From Scyliorhinus canicula (Eukaryota): a DNA stretch of 64,000 bases. Below are positions 11,540-24,334 of the stretch, in pieces. Within the stretch, counting starts at the first letter, position 1, and every line of letters starts with the position of its first letter. The stretch covers positions 53,112,763 to 53,176,762 of the forward strand of contig NC_052153.1 of the NCBI RefSeq assembly GCF_902713615.1. Direction: 5' to 3'. The translations under genes were made by a program, and so were the position numbers. Below the pieces are notes generated by a model. That model did no database searches and was not told the origin of the DNA. It saw nothing but the letters and a program-made list of their open reading frames with translations.

Positions 11540-12175
11540 AGGCAGCACTGTAGCACAAGTGGATAGCACTGTGGCTTCACAGCGCCAGGGTGCCAGGTTC
11601 GATTCCCTGCTGGGTCACTGTGCGGAGTTTGCACGCTCTCCCCGTGTCTGCGTGGGTTTCCTCTGGGTGCTCCGGTTTCCTCCCACAGTCCAAAGACGTG
11701 CAGGTTAGGTGGATTGGCCATGATAAATTGCCCTTGGTGACCAAAAAGGTTAGATGGGGTTACTGGGTTACGGGGATAGGGTGGAAGTCAGGGTTTAAGT
11801 GCGTCGGTGTAAAATATAAAATATTTTATTATGGATAAAATGAATTGGGTACACTAAATTTTTTTTAAAAACCCATTAAAATGCTTCTCTGAAGGGAAAG
11901 ATTAAACCATGTGTATTACACACATGGAACCATGGTCTGCGACAAGGCACCATAAACTGCAAGAGCAAAGCTCAAGTTGCTCATCATCTCAAGGTTAAGA
12001 TGTTACTGCCAAGGAATATATCAAATATATCCAAAGTCATTATTCTATTTAATACATAGAAATGTAATTTTTACTGCTCGTTATATTTTACTTTTACATC
12101 GACCCACTTAATAAAATATTGCCGACTCGATGGGCCGAATGGCCTCCTTCTGCACTGTATGCTCTATGTTCTACG
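11540..12175 (+). mobile_element. HE1-type V-SINE split by an insertion of about 310 bp (11810-12119)
   Basis: tRNA A/B boxes and V-domain gagtttgcacgctctccccgtgtctgcgtgggtttcc. The CR1-type tail gactcgatgggccgaatggcctccttctgcactg resumes at about 12120. Confidence 0.85.
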
Positions 12176-12739
12176 GGTGGACAATCAGAGACTGGTTAGC
12201 GGACACTGAAATTGTGCCATAACAACATATCCTGGAAAGGGGCTTATCAAGTTTGCATACAAATGCAGCAGCACACTGAACTCAATAACTACTCCTCTGG
12301 CAGGATCATAATGACCTTAGCCAGAACATAAATGCTTGAAGAATTAGATTTTGTATTATACTTTAAAAAAAACACATTATAAGAACACAATGTCCATCAA
12401 TAGGAAGCTTAGATCTTGTGGGAATCATATGCTCTGAAATGGTTCCAGAATGGGCCTCCAGGGATGTATTCACACGACTAGCCAGCATGAACCAATGCTG
12501 TTGAAACTGTTCTACACTGATCAAAATATATGAATGTAGTATAAAGCAGCAATATGTGGGAAGATAATGCATAAAAAGCATGCAGTAATTTGGGGCAATA
12601 GTTTAAATCTGTAACCAAGTCCCACTAGCAATGTTAGCCACAAGTAAATTGTAAGATCATTTTTAGATTACCGCCAAAACATTGGTACTGCATGATATCC
12701 CCCATTTTCCTAAACTGCCCATTTTCCAAAAATTTTTTT

Positions 12740-13080
12740 CATCGTCGCAGGCTATGCCAACATTTATTGCACATCCCTAATTGCCCTTGAGGGGGGTAGT
12801 TAAGAGTCAACCACATTGCTGTGGGTCTGGAGTCACGTGTATGCCAGACCAGGTATTGATGTCAGATTTCCTGCCCTAAAGGACAATAGTGAACCAGATG
12901 GGTTTTTACGACAATCGACAATGGTTTCATGGTCATCATTAGACTTTTGATTTCCAGGTATTTCACCGAGTTTAAATTCCATCACCTGCCATGGTGGGAT
13001 TTGAACCCAGGTCTCCAGAGCATTATCCTGGGTCTCTGGATTACTAGTCCAACAATACCAGTATGCCACTGCCACCCCAC
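12740..13080 (-). mobile_element. Second tRNA-derived SINE family (MetaSINE-like core; name tentative)
   Basis: Minus-strand B box GGTTCAAATCCC and core ttgtcgtaaaaacccatctggttcact. 3' tail shared with the LINE ending at about 53340. Partial copies at about 39712-39815, 50100-50330 and 59060-59160. Confidence 0.75.
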
Positions 13081-13490
13081 AACTTCCCTTTCCTGGGATA
13101 ATTTCAGTAATAATTTTACAGTTTACAACAAGTGGCAATCTCCATGTAGCTCGATTTACACATCCTTTGTTTGGGGGGGGGGGGGGGGGGGGGGGGGGGT
13201 GAAGAGTTATGTTCTCCCCTTTCCTCAGTTCTTGTAGGCCACATAATCTGCCTGTTGTCACCTGCAAAGGCTGGCCTGTAACTGTGCTAGAAAGCACAAA
13301 GACATTAATAATTTGCATCCTGATTTTATTTGTGGAGAACCATCCAACTGTCCTCTCCCTATATTACCACATCTGGAACTGCAGCCTCTCTATGCAGCCT
13401 TGTACCTATGACCAATGCCCTGAAGTGTAGCATGTTACTACACCATCTGCCACAAAGTGTACTGGTTCACATGTAACAACAGATAAGAGG

Positions 13491-14549
13491 ATGGCGGGTT
13501 CCTGGGGTGGCACAGGGCGGGCATTAGGAAGTTGGGAGACCTGTTCATTGACGGGAGGTTTGCGAGCCTGGGTGAACTGGAGGAGAAGTTTGAGCTCGCC
13601 CCGGGGAATATGTTCAGGTACCTTCAGGTCAAGGCGTTTGCTAGGCGGCAGGTGGAGGGGTTCCCTTCGCTGCCCCCACGGGGGGTAAGGGATAGGGTGC
13701 TTTCGGGGGTGTGGGTCGGGGATGGGAAGGGTCAGGAGGTGGAGGCTGCGTCGGTAGAGGAGCTGAAGGCTAAGTGGGAAGTGGAGCTGGGGGAGCAGAT
13801 TGAGGAGGGGACATGGGCGGACGCCCTGGAGAGGGTGAACTCCTCCTCTTCATGTGCGAGGCTTAGCCTCATCCAGTTCAAGGTACTGCACAGGGCTCAT
13901 ATGTCCGGGACGAGGATGAGCAAGTTTTTTGGGGGTGAGGACAGGTGCATTAGGTGTTCAGGGAGCCCAGTGAACCATGTCCAAATGTTTTGGGCATGCC
14001 CGGAACTGGGGGAATTCTGGCAGGGGGTGGCGAGGACGGTCGAGGGTGGTAGGGTCCAGGGTCAAGCCAGGCTGGGGACTCGCGATATTTGGGGTTGGGG
14101 TGGAGCAGGGAGTGCAGGAGGCGAAAGAGGCCGATGTTTTGGCCTTTGCGTCCCTAGTAGCCCGGCGGAGGAATTTGCTGCAGTGGAAAGATGCGAGACC
14201 TCCGAGCGTGGAGACCTGGATCAATGACATGCCGGGATTCATTAAGCTGGAGAGGGTCAAATTTGCCCTGAGGGGGTCGGTACAAGGGTTCTTTAGGAGG
14301 TGGCAGCCTTTCCTCGACTTTCTAGCTCAACGATAAGGAACTAGGTCAGCAGCAGCAACCCGGGGGGGGGGGGGGGGTATTGTTTAAGTTAATTTGCTTA
14401 TTGTTAATTTATTTTGTTGTTTATTGGGTTTGGGGGGGTTTGTTACATGCGTTGTTACGGGTGCTGGGGGTGTTTATTATTATTGTTATTATTATTGTTC
14501 TGTTGATATATATTTTTCAAAAAATTCGAATAAAAATTATTTTAAAAAA
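13491..14549 (+). mobile_element. 5'-truncated L1 with G-run 3'UTR, AATAAA and A-tail
   Basis: L1 ORF2 C-terminus nearly identical to 43650-44560. TSD aacaaca(g/a)ataagagg at 13475-13490 and 14550-14565. Confidence 0.92.
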
Positions 14550-14703
14550 AACAACAAATAAGAGGGTCTTTGAATAAACTCCAGACATGATCACATATAG
14601 AATAAAGTGCTTAGTAATAAGCAGGGACTGTGGTACAAGTCACTGCATGTAGCCATTAGTTTTTCACCTCCTCTAGACCCTTTTGATCTTTCCTCATATT
14701 TCT

Positions 14704-14851
14704 AGTAAGAAGTCTTACAACACCAGGTTAAAGTCCAACAGGTTTGTTTCAGTGCTCCAAAAGCTCGTGTTTGAAACAAACCTGTTGGACTTTAACCTGG
14801 TGTTGTAAGACTTCTTACTGTGCTCACCCCAGTCCAACGCCGGCATCTCTA
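14704..14851. mobile_element. Penelope-like fold-back element
   Basis: 48-bp inverted arms at 14704-14751 and 14772-14819. 14-bp direct repeat cctcatatttctag at 14692-14705 and 14852-14865. Confidence 0.8.
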
Positions 14852-15439
14852 CCTCATATTTCTAGCAACCCAGTCTCCTTCCTTTCCAAAGTATTGAGAG
14901 GAGCATCAATTCCACTTTTCCACAGTTCAGGCATTCAGGACAGAAAGAAATGGCAAAATATAGAAATAATATAAAGAATTGCAAGACACTTGTAACTATA
15001 CTGGTGAGCAGTTAAAATAGGTATTTTTAAATGATTGAGGTTGGAGAATGTTAGTATTTCTCAACAGTTAAAACATTCTTTTAAAAGAGTGAAAGTCCCT
15101 CTTTACACTTTCCCAATTTCCATTTTATCCTTCAGCTAAGATTAAATGCAAAGTCTGAGCTTATGATTTCTGTGTATCATTTCAAAGAGGATGTTCCCCA
15201 ACTTGACCTTGTGATAATCAACTGCTTTTCATCTCATCCAATGAGAAAAGGAGAGTTCAAATTATCTCAAGGTTCCTCCAATTGGTGCAGCAAACAGTAT
15301 TTGTCGGAGGTCACTTAATAAGAAGACCATTTCTCAGACAACTGCACATGGCATAACCACATGTCAGAACTAGGTTTACAAAATTCATGCCCAAGGCTCC
15401 TTAAGAGAAAAAGTGTTGACTTTCAATTCGCCTTCTCAC

Positions 15440-15509
15440 CTCTTCCTGTACTTGAGGTTGCTCAACAGTCCAGCATTGCAGCATTGGTACATGATGCTTT
15501 TGGCGTGTC
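15440..15509 (-). CDS. NCBP1: NCBP1 exon 7 (TRQKHHVPMLQCWTVEQPQVQEE), 70 nt
   Basis: gcag|G...GAG|gtgag. Phase-2 start matches exon 6. Confidence 0.95.
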
Positions 15510-15686
15510 CTGCAAACAGATTCAGAAAATAGCAAATTTAAGTCTTGGCCCCACATGCAAATTTATTATAGTATTAGAAGAGAGTTCTGTACCAAACCTG
15601 CTATTACACAAATAGTCCTAATGGTTCCAATGCATCTCCAAAGAAGTACTTCAATAGGCCCCATATAACCCTAAAGAGCGCAAAAT

Positions 15687-16548
15687 GTTACAATCCCAGT
15701 TGATGTTATAACTGAACGGGAAATCCCAGAATAGAACCCTGACTCAAAAGATTGTAACTTTTACTTTAAAAAAAATAAAACATGGAAGAACAGAGTCACG
15801 AGACCGCTAATTAACCTTAACAAGAATATTTTATTAAAAATGAAAAGTTGATTATACAATACTCCTTAACTTATCCCATAGCTTACAAATGCACACAGAT
15901 TTTAAGATTAACAGGGAATAGAAAGGAATACTTCAGCAAAAATGCTCTTATTAACACAAGTCCCTTCAATCACACAGACTGGCATTACTGCAAATATCCT
16001 TCTGCCTGTCATGTTCCAATGCCATTTCAACTTTCTGTGACTTTACTGAATAGTCGTTTGTTCTGGTTCCCAGTTCCGTTAACATCTGGTCATTTCTCTA
16101 GTTTCCTTAACTAGATGGACTTTAGGTTTCCGGCAATTATTTTCTTTACTCCTTGGTATGGCTTTTCTTCTAGCAAGTCTGAGAGAGACATTCCCTTTTT
16201 AGCCTTATAAAACCAACTGTTGCCAGCAGAGCTGCGAGAGCGGCCTTCTGTCTCAAATTCAGCTAAACTAAAACTTAAAAGCTTCTCTACCTTACAAGGC
16301 CTCAATTGTGGAGCAACCACTGCTGGTTTATATACTCTTCATGACGTAGCCCTTTCTGAGCATAATAGGGTCACAGTTGGGATTGAAACCACCCCCACAC
16401 ATACAAACACATTTGTCCAGCATGAATCTAACTAAGGATTTTACCCTTCCAGGCACAGAAAATTAAATTAAATGAAACACACTTAAAACTATCCCTTCTT
16501 TCTAATGTTTATTAATACAAATATAAATCCCTTATGTTTTCCTAACTT
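15687..16548. mobile_element. Probable solo LTR (ERV/Gypsy-like)
   Basis: Starts TGTTACAA and ends ...ttcctaac(t). Non-coding, with minus-strand AATAAA and TATAAA-like motifs. No clear TSD. Confidence 0.45.
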
Positions 16549-16564
16549 AAATACAATAAGTTAC

Positions 16565-19038
16565 TTTTTTTGGGAAAATATTTTTATTCAAGTTTTTGAT
16601 ATTTTAATATTTTAAATTCACAACATATCAAAGAAGAATCAACACACCCCCGTCAGAACCTCACCCAAACACCCCACTTTGCTCCCACCTGATCAGCTGA
16701 CGGTGACCAGCTCCTTGAAATGTAGTACAAACAAACCCCATCTCGTGGAACCCCTCAGTCTCCCCAGCCACACCGAGGCACAGGTTAGTGCAACTACCCG
16801 TTACCTCAACAGAACCCACCTGCGAGCGATCAGCAAAGCACAGGCTAAAACATCTGGCTCTGCTCCCATCTGCAGCTCCGGAAAGTCCGACACCCCAAAT
16901 ATGGCTCACAGTGGACTGTGCTCCAAATCCACATGCAAGAAGGCCAACATGGTGCTGAAGGACGACCTCCAAAATTTCTCCAACTTGGGGCAGGACCAGA
17001 ACACATGCGCATGATTGGTTGGGCCCCTCCCACACTGCTCACAAGTACCTTCCCGCCTTCAAACAACCGACTCATCCTCGACTTCGTCAGGTGCACACTA
17101 TGTACTAACTTTAGCTGCATCAACCCAGCCTTGCACAAGAGGTTAAGGCATTCACCCTCTGCAACACCTCACATTACAACTGCTCCTCCAGCACCATCTC
17201 CAACTTGGCCTTAACCTCCTCCAACGATGTCATATCCACCTCCAAAATCCTCCCATAGATCGTTGAGATGACTCTTCTTCCCCCAATAATGAGGAGGATG
17301 GTGCCACCGGAAAATTCAGAAAGACCTTTCTCGCAAAATCCCTCACCTGCATATATCTGAAAGCCTCCCCCTCGTGGGATCCCAAATTTCTCTCCCTACT
17401 CCTCCAAATTCACAATCCTCCCTTCTAGAAATAAGTCCTTCATGTCAATCACCACTCGCTTCTCCCATCCCTGAAACCTATTATCCATCTTCACTAGCTC
17501 AAATCCAAAGCTCCCTCAGATCGGCATCAACTTCGACCCCGCCCCTAACCTAAAGTGTTGCCGAATTTGCCTCCACATTTGCAACGTGAGCACCACCACC
17601 GGACTCACCGAATATTCCCCTGGGGAAAATGGGAACGGTGCCGTTGCCAGCACCTGCAACCCTGTACAAGAGCCTGCCTCCATTCTCACCCACAAAGTCT
17701 CTGGTTCCCTGCTCCAACTCCACACCTTCTCCGCAATTGCAGCCTAATAATAATACTGTCGCCTTTTCTGAAGCACCTCTTAATCCTTGCCACCTTATCT
17801 GCCCACACAATCAACAAAATTATCCGTTCCAACGCCATAAAAAACGTTTTCCACAAAAAGACCGGTAGGCAGGGAAATAAAAATAAAAACCACAGCAAAA
17901 TATTCATTTTAACCACCTGCATCCGGCCTGCCAACAATAGTGGAAGACTATCCCATCTCACTTAATCCGCCTTGACCCTACCCATCAGACTCGTAAAATC
18001 CAATTTACGGAGCCGTGATAAATTGCCCTTATTGTTGGGTGGGGTTACTGGGTTATGGGGACACATGACTGTCTCATGACTGACACATCCTCCCGAGGCT
18101 CTGACCTATACAACTTTTCATAAAACTCCTCAAATGCCTTGTTCACCTGCTCCAGTGGCACCACGAAATCCTGAAGCCAAACAATCTCTCACAGCCGCCT
18201 GCCAGTGAAGCTGGTCTGCCAGCAAGTGGCTGTCCTTCACCACACAACCCCTTCGTCAGCCATTAGTGCTGAATCGCTTTTCCTGTGGACAGACGTTCAT
18301 ACTTTGCCTGTAATTCCTTACTCCACCCCAGAAGATCTGGTGTAGGATCCTCCACATACTTTCCATCCATCTCGAAAATTTCCTCAACCATCCGCTGCCG
18401 CTCGTCTCTTGCCTCCCTGTCCACCAGAGCCTTAAACAAGATGATCTCATCCCTTACGCCTTCAATGGCTCCCACACCACTCATGGCGAAACCTCAATCA
18501 TCTTTCCACCTTTGCATAAAAGCTCGAGTCTGCCAACAGCCCCACATCCAACCTCCACGCAGGTCTCTGTGCCTGCCCCCTTCCCAGGATCACATTCATC
18601 CAATACAGTGCGCTCCCCATAATAAGAAAGTAAATCCTTGAATATATATTATGTACTGGTCTCGCTAAGTCAACATCTTCTTCATAATCCTACTTACAGT
18701 TTGGGACATACACGGCAACCCTGCACCATAAACCACCCCTCCCAAACACCCACTACTATTAACGTACCTCACCCCTGGTCAGCCACCACCTTCTGTATCT
18801 GAAACCTCACTCTCATGCCCACCAATATCGCTACCCCATTCCCTGGGCCCTACTATCAAGGCCCGAGTGCAACATCTGACTCACCCACCCCTTCCAAAGC
18901 CTTACCCGATCCTTCACCCTCTGATGAGCCTCTTGCAACAGCACCACGCTAGTTTTCAAGCTCTTCTAATGCGAAAAAACTCTCACCCATTTCACTGCCC
19001 CCCCCCAAGCCATCGCACATTCCACATTACCAAACGGA

Positions 19039-19079
<41 letters not shown>

Positions 19080-20010
19080 TCTCACCCCCTCCCTCTCCTA
19101 TAACCGCTACTCCTGGCCCCCTTGAGCTGCAAGACACAGCCCTACCCTTAGCCACCTCAGTCACCTATCCCTCCTCCCTTCTCAGAAGCCCCCCAGCCAC
19201 TTCCTCTAGAAGCCACTTCTCCCAGTTTTGTCCCATCCCCCCACCATTCATACATGCCAGACCCATTGAAACCTGTCCACAAAGGTTCCAATGACCCTGG
19301 ACCCTCCGCCTCCCATCTCGCTCCCATTCACTAGCCAACCCCTGCCAGAACCCCAGCCAAATATCCAAAAAGAAAACTTACATAAAGGCTCCCCACATCC
19401 AGACCTTCCAAACCCCCAACACAACCCCTCAAACCAAGAAGAAACAAATTCCAACAAATTTCCAGGTCCGCCAACCTAGCTCTCAGTCCTTTGTTACTCT
19501 CCACCGCCCTCCACAGCTCCTCACTCATCGAGGTGAACTGGTCGCTGTGCCACGACAATGCCTCCTCCACCCCCTCAACAACAGTACTTACTCCCACACC
19601 ACCGTCGATGTCTTTGCCAAAGCCTCTTTTATCGGGTCAAGAGTTTCATCCACCCACTCCTCGAGCTAGGCCATCATCTCCATTCGATGCCTGTCGAAGT
19701 GCTCGGAAAACAGTCGCTCAAACTCTCCCATCACTTTGGCCCCCTTATCCAATGTTATGGGTGGCGCCCTACCCGGTGAGCTTGCTCTCGTCATCTTTGC
19801 TCCCACTGGACTCCCCACAATGCTCGCCGGCAGACTATCACTCGCACCCTTTCTTCCCGGATTCTTTTTCTGGGATTTCGATGTCCTTTGGTTGCCGCAA
19901 CTTTTTGAACAATCAATCATGCAAAATTCTCCCCAAAATCTGGGCGAAAAGGGCTAAAACCGAAAGCTCTAGCAGGAGCCACCCAGCATGTCATCACCCT
20001 AAGTCCCCCA
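16565..20010 (-). mobile_element. Internally deleted L1 (5'UTR, ORF1 remnant, ORF2 fragments, A-tail)
   Basis: ORF1 coiled-coil remnant (19331..19920). ORF2 motifs LLLAGRMQVVKMNIL and GLMQLKLVH. Minus-strand AATAAA and A-run near 16565-16590. Confidence 0.85.
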
Positions 20011-20544
20011 CAATTATCAAGTTAAACCATTACATAAAGTCACAACTTCAAACCTAGATAGGACAATCCACTTTCTACCCCCGTTCACCTATGAGCCTGA
20101 AGGTTTGCCCCATTACTCCTTTAGGATATCAAGGGAATCAAAGGTATCGGGGATAGACAGGGGGGTCTGTAATCAAATCAGTCATGATCTTTTTAAATGG
20201 CAGAGTAGGTTTGAGGGTCAAATAGCCTAACCCAATTGTCTGTATGTTTGCTGAGAGAGTTAAAACAATTTCCAGCATCACAGAATTAAAACACTCGTTA
20301 CCTTATAACAACATTTTCCAACTATCCTTTGCTAGAAAGAGCAAGAGAGAACCTTATTCAATTGTTAAGATGTCAGGTGAAACAAGAGTGAGCAAACCCC
20401 GAGATCTAACTGAAATTCCAGTAAGACCAGTCAAACCAAAGTATGCAAATATTAGAATTATCAGCAATTTTTCCAGTTACTGAGATTAAACAATATATTG
20501 AAAGAATGAACATCCCATTTGCAGAAGCTAACAGGAAACTAAAT

Positions 20545-21220
20545 GTGTCTTTTTCTGGCTGGCAAAATGCAACAAGTGGTGTGCCACAGTGCGGAGACTA
20601 TTTACAATTTATATTAATAACTTGGACAAAGGGACCAAAAGTATGGTTCCTACATGAGGTCTCGAGGAGGCTACAAAGGGATATAGATAGGTTAAGTGAG
20701 TGGGCAACGGTCTGGAATACTGTGTACAGTATTGATCTCCTTATTTAAGGAAGGAAGCAGTCAGGAGAAGGTTTACAAGGCTAATATGTGGAATGGACAG
20801 GTTGTCTTATGAGGAAAGGTTGGACAGGCGAAGCCAGTATCTGCTGAAGTTTAGAAGAATAAGAGGCAACTTGACTAAAACTTAGAAGATTCTGGTGGGT
20901 CTTCACAAGGTGGATGCAGAGGGATGTTTCCTCTTGTGCGAGATTCTAGAACAAGGGGGTCATCTTCTAAAAATGAGGGGTTGGCCATTTGAGACAATGA
21001 TGAGGAGAATTTTCCTCTGAGGGCCTTGAGTCTTTGGAACTTTCTTTCTCAAAAGGCAGAGTTTTTGAATATTTTAAGGCAAAGGTAGATAGATTATCAA
21101 GGTTAGGCATGAATGTGGAGTTACGGTTACAATCAGAACAGTCATGGTCTTACTGAATGACAGAGCAGGCGCATGGGCCTGAGCAGCCTGCTCCAGCTCC
21201 TAATTCATATGTTCGTATGC
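20545..21220 (+). mobile_element. Degraded CR1 LINE 3' part
   Basis: SGVPQ and LQRDIDRLSEWA motifs; CR1 3'UTR. Confidence 0.8.
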
Positions 21221-23256
21221 TCACAAAAGTAAGAGATTAAAATGTTAATGTTGCAGACTAATCCAGATTTGAATCCATTAAACAAATACTTAATGATGCA
21301 TCTTCCCTCATGACATGATCAAAAGGGATTAGAATCAATGGTTTCAGAGTACCTTTTCAAATACATGTCAAAATTCCCTCCAAATGGTAACAGTAGAATG
21401 CACTTAGTTTAAAAAAAACTTGAACATGCTCATTTCCTGCACAGTAGGTGCCAAAATGGGAATACTAGATTGATTCCAGTTTACCAGGCTGGTAGATGCT
21501 GTTGTCTGCTGTCACTTGGCAGGAGGAAAGTAGACTTCTCTGTACAATAACACAGCTCTAAGCAGCTATTTAAAAGCGAGGGTATAAGGTGTAGCTGCAG
21601 TGAGCACTCCCAGGATAAGAGGCACAAATGTACAGCAATTCATCTCATTGAAATGTTTTAAAATTAAATCTACACCAGGAAGTCTCTGTCCTGGTCTGAA
21701 CTAGCTGCTTGTAGTCAGGACAGTGGTGAGATAACGGCAGTGAAGTTCACAGTCGTTGAATTTTGGAAAGGAAAACAATAAAAATAAAAGTGCAGCCGGA
21801 GTCCTGATCAGAATGCAACGGCCGTGTAGATGAGTAACAAACAAAAAGAGAATTAAACTGAGTTCTGGCATGCCAACAATCAAGCAGCCTGGTGACTTTC
21901 ACAAGAGGGGCTTATATTTGGGCGAGTAACCCATTGGTAATGAACTTTATCTCACTATTGGTCATCACTCAAAAGGGAAGTAAGCTTGAAAGGGGGTAAA
22001 CACAGCTTATGGAATTCTTGTATCTACCACATAACCACAAGCAGTCTCAAAGGCTGCTGAAACTCATTCTGTGCTCCCCAGCCTGTTTTTGCAAGCCCTT
22101 CTCCAAAATTTGGAACGGAAAAATATCCTAAGTGGGTATTCAATTTATTGGTGTCCAGGGGTGCAAGTTTTCAATTTGAACGATTAATCAGTCCCACTGC
22201 AGTATGCAGAGGGAATCCCAATTGTATAGGGGAGTTCAATCATATGGAAATGTGTTCCGGACCGTGCACTGCCCATGACTCCCAAGTTGCAGTACTTACA
22301 TCTGTCGATAGGGCAATGAAGTGGCCTCGGCTTTGCACCCCTCCTTGAGAGGAAGAGTGGTGAGCTGTGATGTTAACAAAAAAGGAATGACTGTTACATT
22401 GCATGATAAAGAAAAATACATTAGGGGAGGGAGAATTGTGGAGGGAGGTACTGCAGAACCAAAGCAAGGAGCACAGGGAAGCCAAGTTATTGATTTATAA
22501 TCAAAGAGTTTGGCACCAGCTTGGACAAAAGATGAATCTAACAGGCCATCATTGCTACTTTAATTTCTTCTAATTAAAGCAAATCTCATGGCTCAAAATA
22601 TTGAATATACCACTTGCTATGCTATGCAGACCTCAGTCAAAGACTGCTGGGCTTGAAACCCATGCCTGACAATAGCTTCAGAAATTAATTGAAAGGCTTC
22701 AGAAACATATTGGAATGCAAGCATTAATCCTTGCACAATCTTTCAAAACGCCATGCTCTGAAAGTCATATTTGAACCTTAGGATATCACTCATGAAAAAG
22801 GAAAACAGGATCTAAACTTATTACAGCAAGTGAGGTGTGTATACAAAGAAAAGTTAGCATTGAGCTGCAAGCAAACCCAAAACTAATTTAATGCTTAAAC
22901 TTTAGTTTTGCAGATACAATCTTTAAAATACTTAATTTCTTGGTTACTAATTTGTCTACCTACCTACGGTTGCATTCTCAGCAAGCTATAACATTGGCAC
23001 AAAACAGTTTCACTTTGCGCTGGCTCTTAGGAAGATGAATGTAAACCCATTGTCAGAACCCAGCGTGACTGCATCAAAGCAGAATGAGACTTAACTCTTT
23101 TCTCCAGAGAATCTCTCCTGCTTTACTATAGAGTGAAGAGCCTTGACTCAAGGTTTTGCACTATAATATCAGCACTGATGCAAAGAGCCTTTGCACCATT
23201 ACAACTATAATGTAAATACAGCTTAAAGGATTAGATACAATCACATAAATTTAAAT

Positions 23257-23516
23257 ATAACTACAAGGTTCGGGGTGGGAGATATAGGAAGGATGTCCGA
23301 GGTAGGTTCTTTACTCAGAGAGTGGTTAGGGTGTGGAATGGACTGCGTACTGTGATAGTGGTGTCGGACTATTTAGGAACTATCAAGCGGTTATTGGATA
23401 GGCACATGGAGCACACCAGAATGACAGGGAGTGGGATAGCTTGATCTTGGTTTCAGACAAAGCTCGGCACAACATCGAGGGCCGAAGGGCCTGTTCTGTG
23501 CTGTACTGTTCTATGT
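23257..23516 (+). mobile_element. CR1 3' end, same subfamily as 34627-34886
   Basis: Near-identical sequence and tail. Confidence 0.9.
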
Positions 23517-23601
23517 ATTATTCTCAAAATTGCTAGCTCTTCTAAGAGCTAGAAAGGAATTAAGAGATTGATTTTTTTTTTTAAAAAGAGTAAACTCTTA
23601 C

Positions 23602-23723
23602 TTCAGAAAACTTTCGATCTGCAATAGAATTCGATCCATTTCCACATCCTTTTTCTCATACAGCTCCTTTCCAACCCAGGGCAGAGAAGAGAGTACTGCA
23701 TTCACATACCAGTCACAGCGTAC
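23602..23723 (-). CDS. NCBP1: NCBP1 exon 6 ([41 protein letters not shown]), 122 nt
   Basis: gtag|GTA...AA|gtaag; translated by hand. Confidence 0.97.
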
Positions 23724-24009
23724 CTACAGCACAGTGAAAATTAAAATGTCAAACATTTGAAAACATTTTCAGCGCAAAATAACAACATAAACTAACTAGA
23801 ATACCTTTAAGTTCATACAATTGAGGTTTATAAGATTGTTAACTTTTAGGGCTGTGTCTTCAATTTCAGATAAAAAGATGGTAATTGGAACTGTTTTGAA
23901 GTCTGCCTGACAGAGTCTGGGTGGTTTGAGATTAAAGGAGGCACAAATTGTTTTACTAGGAAGGAAATGCTTCGTGTTGTAAGGGCCCTTATTTTCCATT
24001 TCTTTTTAG

Positions 24010-24332
24010 ATTATCATAGATTATCCTAGAATTTACAGTGCAGAAGGAGGTCACTCGGCCCATCGAGGCAACTCGGCTCTTGGAAAGAGCACCCTACCCC
24101 GAGGTCAACACCTCCACCCTATCCCCTAACCCAGTAACCCCACCCAACACTAAGGGCAATTTTGGACACTAAGGGCAATTTATCATGGCCAATCCACCTA
24201 ACCTGCACATCTTTGGACTGTGGGAGGAAACCGAAGCACCCGGAGGAAACCCACGCACACACGGGGAGGATGTGCAGACTCCGCACAGAGAGTGACCCAA
24301 GCCGGGAATCGAACCTGGGACCCTGGAGCCGT
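24010..24332 (-). mobile_element. HE1-type V-SINE, CR1-tailed
   Basis: V-domain, B box and (tatcataga)n tail. Confidence 0.9.
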
Positions 24333-24334
24333 GA

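Noticed and set aside
19020-19077. Long G/C homopolymers (also about 5468, 13173, 27487, 63631) and the poly-Gly/poly-Pro ORFs they create
   Set aside because: Mostly within L1 non-coding or decayed parts; lengths are unreliable in assemblies and there is no coding support.
21739-21765. Shared GTGAAGTTCACAGT..TTGAA motif with about 38668-38690
   Set aside because: Too short to separate from chance or an ancient repeat scrap without a search.
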